Below are positions 14,868 through 23,214 of a stretch of 64,000 nt of DNA, in pieces. Below the pieces are notes generated by a model, which saw only the letters and a list, made by a program, of their open reading frames with translations, was not told the DNA's origin and did no database searches. Location: IMG/VR virus record IMGVR_UViG_3300045988_089273; one strand, written 5' to 3'. The stretch comes from a virus. The stretch's first letter is position 1; each line of letters starts with the position of its first letter. The position numbers and the translations under genes are program-made.

Positions 14868-15688
14868 TTTCGCATCCCCTGTACCATTTCCATTCTGATA
14901 TGCTGTGCCATATGTGCCCGGACGGATTCTTCCGGAAACGGGATTTCAAGTGACCGCTCCAGAATCCTGTTTGTGATTCTCTCATCATATTTCAGTTCTG
15001 ATATCTGACAGTTGCTTGTGAATATAGTAATCTTCCTATCAACATACCGCCCGTTGATAATGCTATAGAATCTTTCGTTAATCCATTCTTTTCCAGAATC
15101 AGCGCCGAAGTCGTCAATGATAAGGATTTCTGTTCTGGACAAATCCTCTATCAACTTTCCCTCCGTATTCCCTTTGTCTCCCCATGTGTTCTTGATCTCA
15201 TCGAGGATTCTTAGGGATGTGGTAAACTTGACTGGCTTCTGGTATTTCTTCATAATTTCATTCGCCAAGCTGCATACTGTTTTGGTTTTGCCAGAACCTT
15301 TTGCATTTGAGAAAAGGTATAGCCCTATTCCTTTCTTCTGCATATCAAGAAGGTTTTTAAACCAATAATTTACCGCCTGAGCCGCCTGAGAAAATACTTT
15401 TCGACTCTCAGCGTTCAAATATACACTTGACTTCAAATCGTTGAAATTTGAGCCTTTAAACACGTTTGGAAGCTCTGCAAATTTCAATTGATTTTCAAGG
15501 ATTATTCTTTTTCTGATTCCGCAAGGGCATTCCTCACAATAGGGAATACCGCTTGCATCTCTTACCCATCTCCACCCGCTGTTCCCGCATTCAGGGCATT
15601 CAAGCGAACGGGGTGTCTGATTCTTCTCCGTTCCATTCTCCAAGCGGGACAAGTGGTTCGACATTTCTTTGAGTTGTGTCAGTTCCAT
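14864..15688 (-). CDS. DnaC/IstB-like AAA+ helicase loader with N-terminal zinc ribbon
   Basis: Walker A GKGSGKTK and Walker B ILIIDDFG. CPECGNSG...CEECPCG near the N-terminus. Start at ATG 15688 (MELTQLKE...) with a GGGAGG RBS. Confidence 0.8.
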   Translation of the reverse strand: MELTQLKEMSNHLSRLENGTEKNQTPRSLECPECGNSGWRWVRDASGIPYCEECPCGIRKRIILENQLKFAELPNVFKGSNFNDLKSSVYLNAESRKVFSQAAQAVNYWFKNLLDMQKKGIGLYLFSNAKGSGKTKTVCSLANEIMKKYQKPVKFTTSLRILDEIKNTWGDKGNTEGKLIEDLSRTEILIIDDFGADSGKEWINERFYSIINGRYVDRKITIFTSNCQISELKYDERITNRILERSLEIPFPEESVRAHMAQHIRMEMVQGMRK

Positions 15689-16409
15689 TTCGCATATCCT
15701 CCCTGTTGTGGTATTTGTTTTCAAGTACTTTTAAGAAATTGTTCGGTTTCACGAACCATTCAAAATTTATCATAAAATCAGTTTTCTTTCCCATAAGGAA
15801 GTCACTATTTTGTACATTTTTCAGTGCTTCCATAACCTTATCCATGCCGTATTCTCGGATTCTTGCTTTCAACATTTGAGTTCGCCTTGCTGTCATTCTT
15901 GCAATTGGCTGAATCCCGAACTGCTGAAGCTTATTCCACTCATCAACCACTTTCTGCACATCACCGGGCTTGACTAAATCTTTCTCACAAGAAATCTGCT
16001 CTGGAATCTCTTCTTCTGACAATTCTTTCTGACGTTTTCTGTGCTCGGCAACCCGTTTTCTTGTCTGCTCTCTGATTTTTTCAAGCCCGTCAATGTTCTG
16101 ATGCTCTTCCCATCCGGGAATTGAAAGTAATGTTCCATCTCTGGTTATCATACCGAACTTTTCAAGAATTGTCAGTGCAAGTTCGATCACACTCTCATCA
16201 AAGCCCAGCTCGTCAGCCAACATTTTATTTGTATATGGGATATTCTCTGTCAGAAATATAATCCCGTTTGAATTACAACGCCCTGCCATCGTCAGGAGCA
16301 TCATCCAGATTAGTACAATATTATTTCCCTCTGGAAGTTTTCTGATATGCCGGATTTTCTTGTTATCGAACATATCAATTTCTAATCGAATCCAACTCAC
16401 CTTTGTCAT
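15600..16409 (-). CDS. phage replisome organizer (DnaD-like N-terminal domain)
   Basis: MTKVSWIRLEIDMFDNKKIRHIRKLPEGNNIVLIWMMLLTMAG... is the typical replisome-organizer N-terminus. The 3' end overlaps the loader gene by 89 nt. Confidence 0.75.
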   Translation of the reverse strand: MTKVSWIRLEIDMFDNKKIRHIRKLPEGNNIVLIWMMLLTMAGRCNSNGIIFLTENIPYTNKMLADELGFDESVIELALTILEKFGMITRDGTLLSIPGWEEHQNIDGLEKIREQTRKRVAEHRKRQKELSEEEIPEQISCEKDLVKPGDVQKVVDEWNKLQQFGIQPIARMTARRTQMLKARIREYGMDKVMEALKNVQNSDFLMGKKTDFMINFEWFVKPNNFLKVLENKYHNREDMRNGTDTTQRNVEPLVPLGEWNGEESDTPFA

Positions 16410-16446
16410 TTAGCCACCTTCCCGTCTGGTAAGGACATTTCCGCCC

Positions 16447-16602
16447 TTACCGCATTGATTTTCGGATAAATTTCTCCATTAAAGAGTCCATCCAGTTTTT
16501 TGTGTGATTTTCACAGCTATCATCTTCATCTATCAGGATGCCTTTGCGGTCACACAGCCCGTTGTCGTTGCTAATACATGTATCACATGTTTTGTCGCTC
16601 AT
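16447..16602 (-). CDS. small Cys-containing protein (51 aa)
   Basis: Below the ORF-track cutoff, with a GGAGG RBS. Translation MSDKTCDTCISNDNGLCDRKGILIDEDDSCENHTKNWMDSLMEKFIRKSMR. Confidence 0.45.
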   Translation of the reverse strand: MSDKTCDTCISNDNGLCDRKGILIDEDDSCENHTKNWMDSLMEKFIRKSMR

Positions 16603-16688
16603 ATTCTATCCTCCATTCTTCTCAGCATTCTTTCCTGTTTTCGTTCAATCCAATTTTCAATTGAGCAATCTGGAATATTGTCATTCAT
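16599..16688 (-). CDS. possible 29-aa peptide
   Basis: ATG 16688 overlaps the upstream stop, and its TGA overlaps ATG 16602 as ATGA. Too short to assess. Confidence 0.25.
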   Translation of the reverse strand: MNDNIPDCSIENWIERKQERMLRRMEDRI

Positions 16689-16962
16689 CGTGTATCTCTT
16701 CAATTCCTACAATTCTTTCTACTTCTTCATTCGTTGCTTCTCCGTCAATGGTTTCTGTGCGATATTTCCATCCTGCCTGATATCCATACATGGTGAATTT
16801 CTTACCACATTTATCACAAGTGTAGGTTTCCATATCTTCTGTGTAACAATCAACCGGTTCTCCTCCTATATACGTGTCTTCGTATGAAGGCTCGTATTCT
16901 TGACCGCAATAAGGACAAATTATGTTTTCATCGTCCTCATAATTCCGATAATTATTGCTCAT
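16681..16962 (-). CDS. zinc-ribbon protein (93 aa)
   Basis: Cys pairs CPYCGQ and CDKCGKK. Confidence 0.6.
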   Translation of the reverse strand: MSNNYRNYEDDENIICPYCGQEYEPSYEDTYIGGEPVDCYTEDMETYTCDKCGKKFTMYGYQAGWKYRTETIDGEATNEEVERIVGIEEIHDE

Positions 16963-17353
16963 TCTTCTTCATCTCCTCCAGTTTCTTTACCGTTTTCCTG
17001 TAATCTCTGTTTGCAGACCGAAACATCATCAGAAGTATTTCAGATACAGGTCTCGTTCTGTTGGCTCGTTTGGCTTTCTTGGCACATATAAGTTCGTTTC
17101 CTTCTGGGACATATATTCCTGCATGATACGGGATTTTCAAAGATACTGTTGCAGCTAATTCCCCTGGCATAACCAAATAATTGTAATCTCCAATGAAATT
17201 CAATCCATGGCCAGATTTGAAATCTTCAATAGATGACTTAACCTCATAACAATACACATCTCCTTTTTCTATCCCTGATACACTGTTGTTTATTGGTACA
17301 AATTTCATATAATCCACTCTGACCGCATGATTTGTGGAATAATCAAACGTCAC
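16952..17353 (-). CDS. PD-(D/E)XK nuclease-like (MmcB-like) protein, main frame; N-terminus lies in another frame up to 17445
   Basis: VRVDYMKF...GDVYCYEVKSSIEDFKSGHG carries a D...E-x-K motif. An upstream frame starts at ATG 17445 (ATGA overlap with the preceding gene) and joins through a -1 shift at the A8 run 17395..17402. Confidence 0.55.
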   Translation of the reverse strand: MTFDYSTNHAVRVDYMKFVPINNSVSGIEKGDVYCYEVKSSIEDFKSGHGLNFIGDYNYLVMPGELAATVSLKIPYHAGIYVPEGNELICAKKAKRANRTRPVSEILLMMFRSANRDYRKTVKKLEEMKKNEQ

Positions 17354-17441
17354 CTCTTTCGCCCAGTAGATACGCGGATCATTGTTCGGATTGATTTTTT
17401 TTCGAGCATAGCTGATAATTCTGCTGTAATCTCAGGTCTTG

Positions 17442-18068
17442 TCATTGTGTAACTCCTCCAGCTTCTTCACGGGTGAGAAATACAGATTTTCCAATCATTG
17501 ACAATGGGATTGTAAAATTTTTCTCGCGCTCTATGTAATCACTTTCTGGCCCGGTCTCATCATCAATCCATTCATATAACCACTTTGCCTTAACCGCAAT
17601 CTTTACCCAGTTCCTTTTCGCAAACCGGAATGAAACAACTCGGCCTTGAAAATATGAGGGAATCTTGTTGTCTATGTCTTCATAGCATTCCATATCCTCT
17701 ATTGGAAGTATTGTGCTATCTACATAAACCATATCTTCAACCTTACACGGCGATCTCACAAGCAAGCCCTGCTCTTCTGCTTCTTTATAAGATTTCAGTT
17801 CTTCTAACAGCTCCGCGACATCTTTCAGCCAATACATCTCCCCGTCTTCGAAGCAACATCCATAAGTGTTTTGATGATACGGGCAACCAACCACTTTCTT
17901 CCCGCCGATATAATCTCTTAAATCCTCGCCAGTTCCACAGATAATGCGTTTATGCTTATCATGCATATGCATGAAGTTTTCGTGGTCTGCATAGCAATCA
18001 CCTACAGCATCCTGGTTGGCAACACATTTAAGTGCCTTTATCATATCGTCAAGTGTTAATCTCTCCAT
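17442..18068 (-). CDS. hypothetical protein (208 aa)
   Basis: ORF-track frame. No family recognised. Confidence 0.65.
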   Translation of the reverse strand: MERLTLDDMIKALKCVANQDAVGDCYADHENFMHMHDKHKRIICGTGEDLRDYIGGKKVVGCPYHQNTYGCCFEDGEMYWLKDVAELLEELKSYKEAEEQGLLVRSPCKVEDMVYVDSTILPIEDMECYEDIDNKIPSYFQGRVVSFRFAKRNWVKIAVKAKWLYEWIDDETGPESDYIEREKNFTIPLSMIGKSVFLTREEAGGVTQ

Positions 18069-18078
18069 CTACTTCACC

Positions 18079-18762
18079 TCACTTAGAACCATTTTTAACG
18101 AACTCGCAACTGAGCATCCTAACAGATGCCAGCATTTCGGTAAGGCCATCTACATTTTCGATTTCAACATTGTTTCCACGCGCAAATTCATCAAACATCA
18201 TGATTTCATGATTCTTTATAATTCCATAGAAAATATTGTCTTCGCAAGAATCATCTTCAAGAATCTCTGATATATCATCTTCCATTCCTTTTATAAAATC
18301 ATACATAGGGATATTATCGGTCTTATATTCAACAACTACTCTTGAGGTCATTCCATCAGCTGCAAACAAAAGCTCATATCTACATTTATGATATCCATTT
18401 ATATAGATTCCACGACTAATATAATCTTCAGTTTCAGTCGGTTCATTCTTACTGCTTTCCTTGATATCATACATAAGATAATAATCAATTACCTCTTTGA
18501 TATCACGTTCCGTATATATTTCATGCCTTTTTTCTTTGACGCAACCACTATTTTTGTAGGCATCAAAACAATCTGTATTACCTTCTTCTTTGTCTTTCTT
18601 GAAATATGACACGTAGGATTTTTTTTCTACATCGTAGTATCCGATTCGGTTACCATAGCTGTCTGGTACGATCTGTCCGCTGAGTTCTAATTTAATTTCG
18701 TTCGGAACTAAGCCGCCATATATATTACTTAAATCTTCTCTTGCAATTGCAGTTATTTTCAT
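18079..18762 (-). CDS. hypothetical protein (227 aa)
   Basis: ORF-track frame. No family recognised. Confidence 0.65.
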   Translation of the reverse strand: MKITAIAREDLSNIYGGLVPNEIKLELSGQIVPDSYGNRIGYYDVEKKSYVSYFKKDKEEGNTDCFDAYKNSGCVKEKRHEIYTERDIKEVIDYYLMYDIKESSKNEPTETEDYISRGIYINGYHKCRYELLFAADGMTSRVVVEYKTDNIPMYDFIKGMEDDISEILEDDSCEDNIFYGIIKNHEIMMFDEFARGNNVEIENVDGLTEMLASVRMLSCEFVKNGSK

Positions 18763-19125
18763 CTACTTCATCTCCTCCATCTGACTTTCTACAGTATCTG
18801 CAAGTAGCTTCAACGATTCAATGAATGTATCCGTCAATGCTGTTCTGTCTGGACATTCAGTGAATGTTCTTACAAGGCTTACTGCATCCTTAATTCTTTC
18901 TTCATCTTCGACGATTTCGGATGCTTCATGCAATGTCTTTTCAACATAGATGTAGGTAACGATCTTGCTGTTGTAAAAATTCAATATGTTTGGAAGCAGA
19001 ATTACGATATGGTTTAAATGGTTTTCTCTCGCCCATGTGAACCCCTGAAGCTCTGCCATTTTCAGAACACTCAAATATTCTTTCTGTGTCTTTACAAACA
19101 CGCTTTTTCCTGTTAAATCAATCAT
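18763..19125 (-). CDS. hypothetical protein (120 aa)
   Basis: ORF-track frame that abuts the next gene without a gap. Confidence 0.6.
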   Translation of the reverse strand: MIDLTGKSVFVKTQKEYLSVLKMAELQGFTWARENHLNHIVILLPNILNFYNSKIVTYIYVEKTLHEASEIVEDEERIKDAVSLVRTFTECPDRTALTDTFIESLKLLADTVESQMEEMK

Positions 19126-19438
19126 CAGAATCCCCTCCTCCTATAATCTCATCAATACACTGGTTCCAGCCCTCCACAAAGCCAGTATCAGACGTATTAG
19201 CCGGATAATCTCCATTGTCTTTTTCTGGCAAGTCCATAAGCGGACACCAATCAGGTCTTGATTTGCTTTCACAATCATAATGTTCTCTCGTTATAAGTCT
19301 CATGTCACTATCTAAACACTCAGCTAACTCGCAGCATCCCACATATTCAAGATCGCCATAATATTGAGTTCCGAATGGGCAGTCATAACAATTTTCTGGT
19401 GTGTCTATCACTAACACTGATTTACTCATATGTTTCAC
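19118..19438 (-). CDS. hypothetical Cys-containing acidic protein (106 aa)
   Basis: ORF-track frame. Confidence 0.6.
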   Translation of the reverse strand: MKHMSKSVLVIDTPENCYDCPFGTQYYGDLEYVGCCELAECLDSDMRLITREHYDCESKSRPDWCPLMDLPEKDNGDYPANTSDTGFVEGWNQCIDEIIGGGDSDD

Positions 19439-19664
19439 TTCCTCTCAGCATCAGACTTAAAGTATTGTACCCCGGACAAGTCCTGACCCCGTTTCTGGTA
19501 TCTCTTAACAGGACACAGTACGGATATAATGTCATGACCTCATAGACGTGTTCTGTAACATCCTCGCCGCGCTGGTCGATACATTTGAAACATTTACCCG
19601 GTCTAAGAAAATATCTTGCACATACATACGCTTTTGTTCCGAATCTTACGCTTGCACTACTCAT
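19422..19664 (-). CDS. hypothetical protein (80 aa)
   Basis: ATGA overlap with the upstream stop at 19661..19664. Confidence 0.55.
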   Translation of the reverse strand: MSSASVRFGTKAYVCARYFLRPGKCFKCIDQRGEDVTEHVYEVMTLYPYCVLLRDTRNGVRTCPGYNTLSLMLRGSETYE

Positions 19665-19927
19665 TCAACTCCACCATCTTTTACAATTTTAATTGCAAAT
19701 TCAAACGCATCAGTTTCACCCTCGAAATACTCCGATGCATATTTATACTCCGATGCATATTTTTTCTGTAATGCAGCAGCTCTTGTCTTTCTTGTTTCCA
19801 ACTGCTCCACAACCTTGTCCAAGTCAAAAGCTGTCGGCTGATTATCAATAACTGCACCTATTGCAAAATCCATATCCGAACCTCCAAGAGAATCAATTAT
19901 TTTGTCTGCATCAATCAGTCTACTCAT
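19661..19927 (-). CDS. hypothetical protein (88 aa)
   Basis: Start at ATG 19927 (MSRLIDADKI...), overlapping the upstream stop by 8 nt. Confidence 0.55.
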   Translation of the reverse strand: MSRLIDADKIIDSLGGSDMDFAIGAVIDNQPTAFDLDKVVEQLETRKTRAAALQKKYASEYKYASEYFEGETDAFEFAIKIVKDGGVE

Positions 19928-20150
19928 CTGTTTCACCACCTTTCTCATCAAAATCCAGATCAACTCTAATCACATCTGTGTTTATTGCAGATAGAGATTT
20001 TACCTTTAAATCGTAAAATGGTTTCAACAGTTTTGAACCGGCACTAAATTCATCGTAATCCTCCCAGTTTCTTCCTGGATGGCATATCTGGACTTTCTCG
20101 CCGCTCTCAACATCTGTGTCAATTGTTGCCAATAAATCAATCAGTCTCAT
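19920..20150 (-). CDS. hypothetical protein (76 aa)
   Basis: Start at ATG 20150 (MRLIDLLATI...) with AAGGAG upstream. Confidence 0.55.
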   Translation of the reverse strand: MRLIDLLATIDTDVESGEKVQICHPGRNWEDYDEFSAGSKLLKPFYDLKVKSLSAINTDVIRVDLDFDEKGGETDE

Positions 20151-20280
20151 AATCTTCACACTCCTTCACAGATTCATAACTGCCCATCTCATCACATCTA
20201 CACTGGCAGGAATCCTGTTTAGTACAGCAGATGCAGCACTCTGTTTCGCCGTCCGGACAGTCTAATTTACATCTTCCCAT
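20137..20280 (-). CDS. Cys-rich microprotein (47 aa, 10 Cys)
   Basis: Below the ORF-track cutoff. ATG 20280 immediately follows the TAA of the upstream gene. Translation MGRCKLDCPDGETECCICCTKQDSCQCRCDEMGSYESVKECEDYETD. Confidence 0.45.
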   Translation of the reverse strand: MGRCKLDCPDGETECCICCTKQDSCQCRCDEMGSYESVKECEDYETD

Positions 20281-20634
20281 TTAGTCCTCCTTGTATGGTT
20301 CTGGCAACGGTGTCCATGCAGTTACAGGCAATCTGAATTCTACAGGAGTCTCAATTTGCCCTGGAACTACAAAGGCTCCAATTCCGTCTCTTATTACTTC
20401 ATATCTACCAATTGCCGGGATAAAGCCTTTAAGCAGTACAGTAACATCCTTGCCCGGCTCTGGCAGTTTCTTTTCGACTGGAATCCAATCGTTTTCATTT
20501 TCATCCAGTTCTAAGTCATCTTGAAGCTGTTCTATCATTTCTAGAAAATCTCTGGCAGTAACCAACTTGTGTCTGTTTACAATATCTTGTATCCAATCAT
20601 GATAACTGGACAATCTGTCTTTGATGTGGCTCAT
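20281..20634 (-). CDS. DUF551-like phage protein
   Basis: WIPVEKKLPEPGKDVTVLL...AWTPLPEPYKED is the typical DUF551 pattern. Confidence 0.6.
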   Translation of the reverse strand: MSHIKDRLSSYHDWIQDIVNRHKLVTARDFLEMIEQLQDDLELDENENDWIPVEKKLPEPGKDVTVLLKGFIPAIGRYEVIRDGIGAFVVPGQIETPVEFRLPVTAWTPLPEPYKED

Positions 20635-20978
20635 GCTTCCACCTCACTATCCTCTGGCATCTGGAATATCATTTTTTTCATAAAATCTTTTCTAATAGTT
20701 TTTGCAATTAATGTATTATCTTTTCCCCTCTGAGATTCACTGGCCGATTTGCAGACATCAGGAAGAAGAATTTCATTTAATTTTGCATCTGCATAGGCTT
20801 CCTGAATCATATCCAGTACTTTCATGGCTTTTGCTTTGGTAGAATATTTTCCGGCCATGAGTGAGCCTGTGCCATCTTCGACATAGATATCCTCACTATC
20901 CTTTTCAGGAAAGGCTGATACTGTGCAAATATTGTCGAAATTTACAATCATTCTTTTATCCTGACTTCTGATTAACAT
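20631..20978 (-). CDS. hypothetical protein (115 aa)
   Basis: ORF-track frame with 4-nt overlaps at both ends. Confidence 0.6.
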   Translation of the reverse strand: MLIRSQDKRMIVNFDNICTVSAFPEKDSEDIYVEDGTGSLMAGKYSTKAKAMKVLDMIQEAYADAKLNEILLPDVCKSASESQRGKDNTLIAKTIRKDFMKKMIFQMPEDSEVEA

Positions 20979-21418
20979 TTTGCGTCCTCCTTATCTTCAT
21001 AGTTCATTACAACTCTGATAATTCTCACAAGCACTTTTTGAATCTGATCGTAAATGTGATGATCGTCAGTTCCGAAGTGTGAACATAATACTGCATTCCG
21101 CACGCCATCTGTATAACAATCTGCCATGAAATCAGCACTGTACACATCATCTTTATTGTCGAGTTGACCGTATTCTCTCCACTGAGAAGTAATGTACTCT
21201 TCTACTTTTTGGTCTACCACATCGTAACTGTCTTTATTTCCATTGATATGTCTCACACAGCAATCAATGAATCCTAATCTGTCGCAATCTCTGTAATCTT
21301 TTGATGTTTCCTGTGTATATTCTCTAAATACACGATTGATTTCTTCGTCAAAATTCTCCGGTAGATTGAAAATATCTACTTCCAGTCCTCTTGGAAGTTT
21401 TATTGTGTAACTTCTCAT
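20972..21418 (-). CDS. hypothetical protein (148 aa)
   Basis: ORF-track frame. Confidence 0.6.
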   Translation of the reverse strand: MRSYTIKLPRGLEVDIFNLPENFDEEINRVFREYTQETSKDYRDCDRLGFIDCCVRHINGNKDSYDVVDQKVEEYITSQWREYGQLDNKDDVYSADFMADCYTDGVRNAVLCSHFGTDDHHIYDQIQKVLVRIIRVVMNYEDKEDAKC

Positions 21419-21876
21419 TTTGCGTCCTCCTTATTTCGTGTGACTGGTAATCCTAATTCTTTTTGCTTCTCTGCAATTCTTAGCGGAATGTATAATTTAT
21501 GGTATTCTCTTCTGCAAATATCACAGTTTCCATAGCTATGCCCCCAACACCAATTACAAAATTTATTGAACTGTTCTTTCAATGCTTCTGAAGATGATGT
21601 ATTTGCGTATCCTTCCCACATTATTTCCGACATAAAGCTCATTTTCATTCTCGCTTTCTCATATAATTCAGAATATTTTTCCCATGTTTCTGGCAGTTTG
21701 GTACAATCTGGCTCATAAGGTTCTGGATATACAGTATATCCGCACTTCGTACATTTGATTTGTGGTGGAAAGTCCCTACTCCATTCCATGTTTCCACCAC
21801 ATTTTCTGCAACGGATGTATCTCTCTACTTTCTTTGGTTTTGTCTTGAAGAATGAAGTGTAATTATTATTTTTCAT
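21415..21876 (-). CDS. zinc-ribbon hypothetical protein (153 aa)
   Basis: CRKCGG...CTKCGY. Start at ATG 21876 (MKNNNY...) after GTGAGGA. Confidence 0.6.
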   Translation of the reverse strand: MKNNNYTSFFKTKPKKVERYIRCRKCGGNMEWSRDFPPQIKCTKCGYTVYPEPYEPDCTKLPETWEKYSELYEKARMKMSFMSEIMWEGYANTSSSEALKEQFNKFCNWCWGHSYGNCDICRREYHKLYIPLRIAEKQKELGLPVTRNKEDAK

Positions 21877-21887
21877 TGCCATCCTCA

Positions 21888-21927
21888 CTTTTCATAACTT
21901 TTCATAACTTTTCATAACTTTTCAAAA
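21888..21927. repeat. 10-bp tandem repeat (CTTTTCATAA x3 plus a 9/10 fourth copy) at a gene junction
   Basis: Read directly from the sequence. On the coding strand each unit carries TTATGA, and the stop of 21902..22300 lies inside the array. Confidence 0.8.
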
Positions 21928-22300
21928 TTTCTGCGATTGCATTAATATGTTCTGACAGTGTATCTAAATCTTCATCTTTAATTACTCTCAGCCCACGGCT
22001 CGACCTGAAAACTTCAATGGCATCTACACCATCTCTAATTTCATTGAATTTCTTTGCCATTTCGCTTTCTTTTATGGCTTCGGAATCATATTTATAAAAT
22101 GTCTCATATTTATCGTGTTCTCCGAACTTGTCGGTTTCGATTTTGGTTCGTTTAGGAGTTATGCGAATAATCTTTGCCGGATACACCATGACGTGCCTAA
22201 AATTTGCTCCCCACCCGCACCGTACTTCTCTTGCAACTCCAACCACATCTCCGACTTTTAAATCATCTTTATTTATCGGGTTTAATTTTCCTATTACCAT
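21902..22300 (-). CDS. hypothetical protein (132 aa)
   Basis: ORF-track frame. The 3' end runs into the tandem repeat. Confidence 0.6.
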   Translation of the reverse strand: MVIGKLNPINKDDLKVGDVVGVAREVRCGWGANFRHVMVYPAKIIRITPKRTKIETDKFGEHDKYETFYKYDSEAIKESEMAKKFNEIRDGVDAIEVFRSSRGLRVIKDEDLDTLSEHINAIAEILKSYEKL

Positions 22301-22313
22301 CCTCTTGCCGTCC

Positions 22314-23024
22314 TCACTTTCCCCATGTAAGCAACTGACACGCTATTGTGCAGTCCTCCATGATTTCTGTGTTAATATTTCCTCTGTCTGGTTCTAATTC
22401 ATCAAGGAATATGCCGTTTATGCAGCTATGACCAATTTCTCGTTCCTGTCTGGCTCTGCGTTCAAATACTTCTGGGAAATCTACTCTGATTTTGTTCCAA
22501 TAACCCATTCTGCCTTTCGGACAGCCAATGCAATTATTGTTCGGATAACCTAAATCGTACATAATCGGACACTTCAGTCCTAACCTGCCCGCTATTCCGT
22601 GTGCTTCCTGCTTTGTCAATCCATGTTCAATCAACGGAAATTCATGGTCGTAATCGCTCAGGGCTTCACAAACTCTGTCGGCACGATTCTTTTCGTTCAG
22701 GTCATATCCCCATACATAAGTGTGGTGATCTGGGTGCTCACGCTCCCATTTCATGCGAACCCTTTTCTTTAATTTGTCTGTACAAGGCGCTCCGAATGGA
22801 GTGTTGATGCATCTGGTTCTTTCAATCACATCATCTACACTGGAATATTCTTCTGACTGGATTATTGTTATCTTTCTTCCCAACAATTTCTCACAATCAT
22901 GTAAGAATCTCAGGCTATCGGGATGCTGATTCGACACATGAGTATAGATAATCTCGTCAACATCCTTTGCCAGATAGCACGCTACAAAACTGCTTATTCC
23001 TGTTGAAAACCAACATACTTTCAT
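22314..23024 (-). CDS. PAPS-reductase-family (PP-loop ATPase-like) protein
   Basis: N-terminal VCWFSTGISSFVACYL resembles the PP-loop. C-terminal NNCIGCPKGRMGYWNKI carries a Cys pair. Family assignment is from memory. Confidence 0.5.
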   Translation of the reverse strand: MKVCWFSTGISSFVACYLAKDVDEIIYTHVSNQHPDSLRFLHDCEKLLGRKITIIQSEEYSSVDDVIERTRCINTPFGAPCTDKLKKRVRMKWEREHPDHHTYVWGYDLNEKNRADRVCEALSDYDHEFPLIEHGLTKQEAHGIAGRLGLKCPIMYDLGYPNNNCIGCPKGRMGYWNKIRVDFPEVFERRARQEREIGHSCINGIFLDELEPDRGNINTEIMEDCTIACQLLTWGK

Positions 23025-23214
23025 AACACCACGCTACAAATCCATGTATCGTGGATAAATTTTTAGATTGCTCTACATCTCATGGTCAGTTTCCGTTCCA
23101 TGCCTTATAGCCACAATGAATATTTTTCTATACAACCATTTCAAGTCTCCGTTGCATAACCTCGGTTTACCGAGGATTCGTTATTCCTTTCTATGTTTAA
23201 ACTTCATTTTTCTC

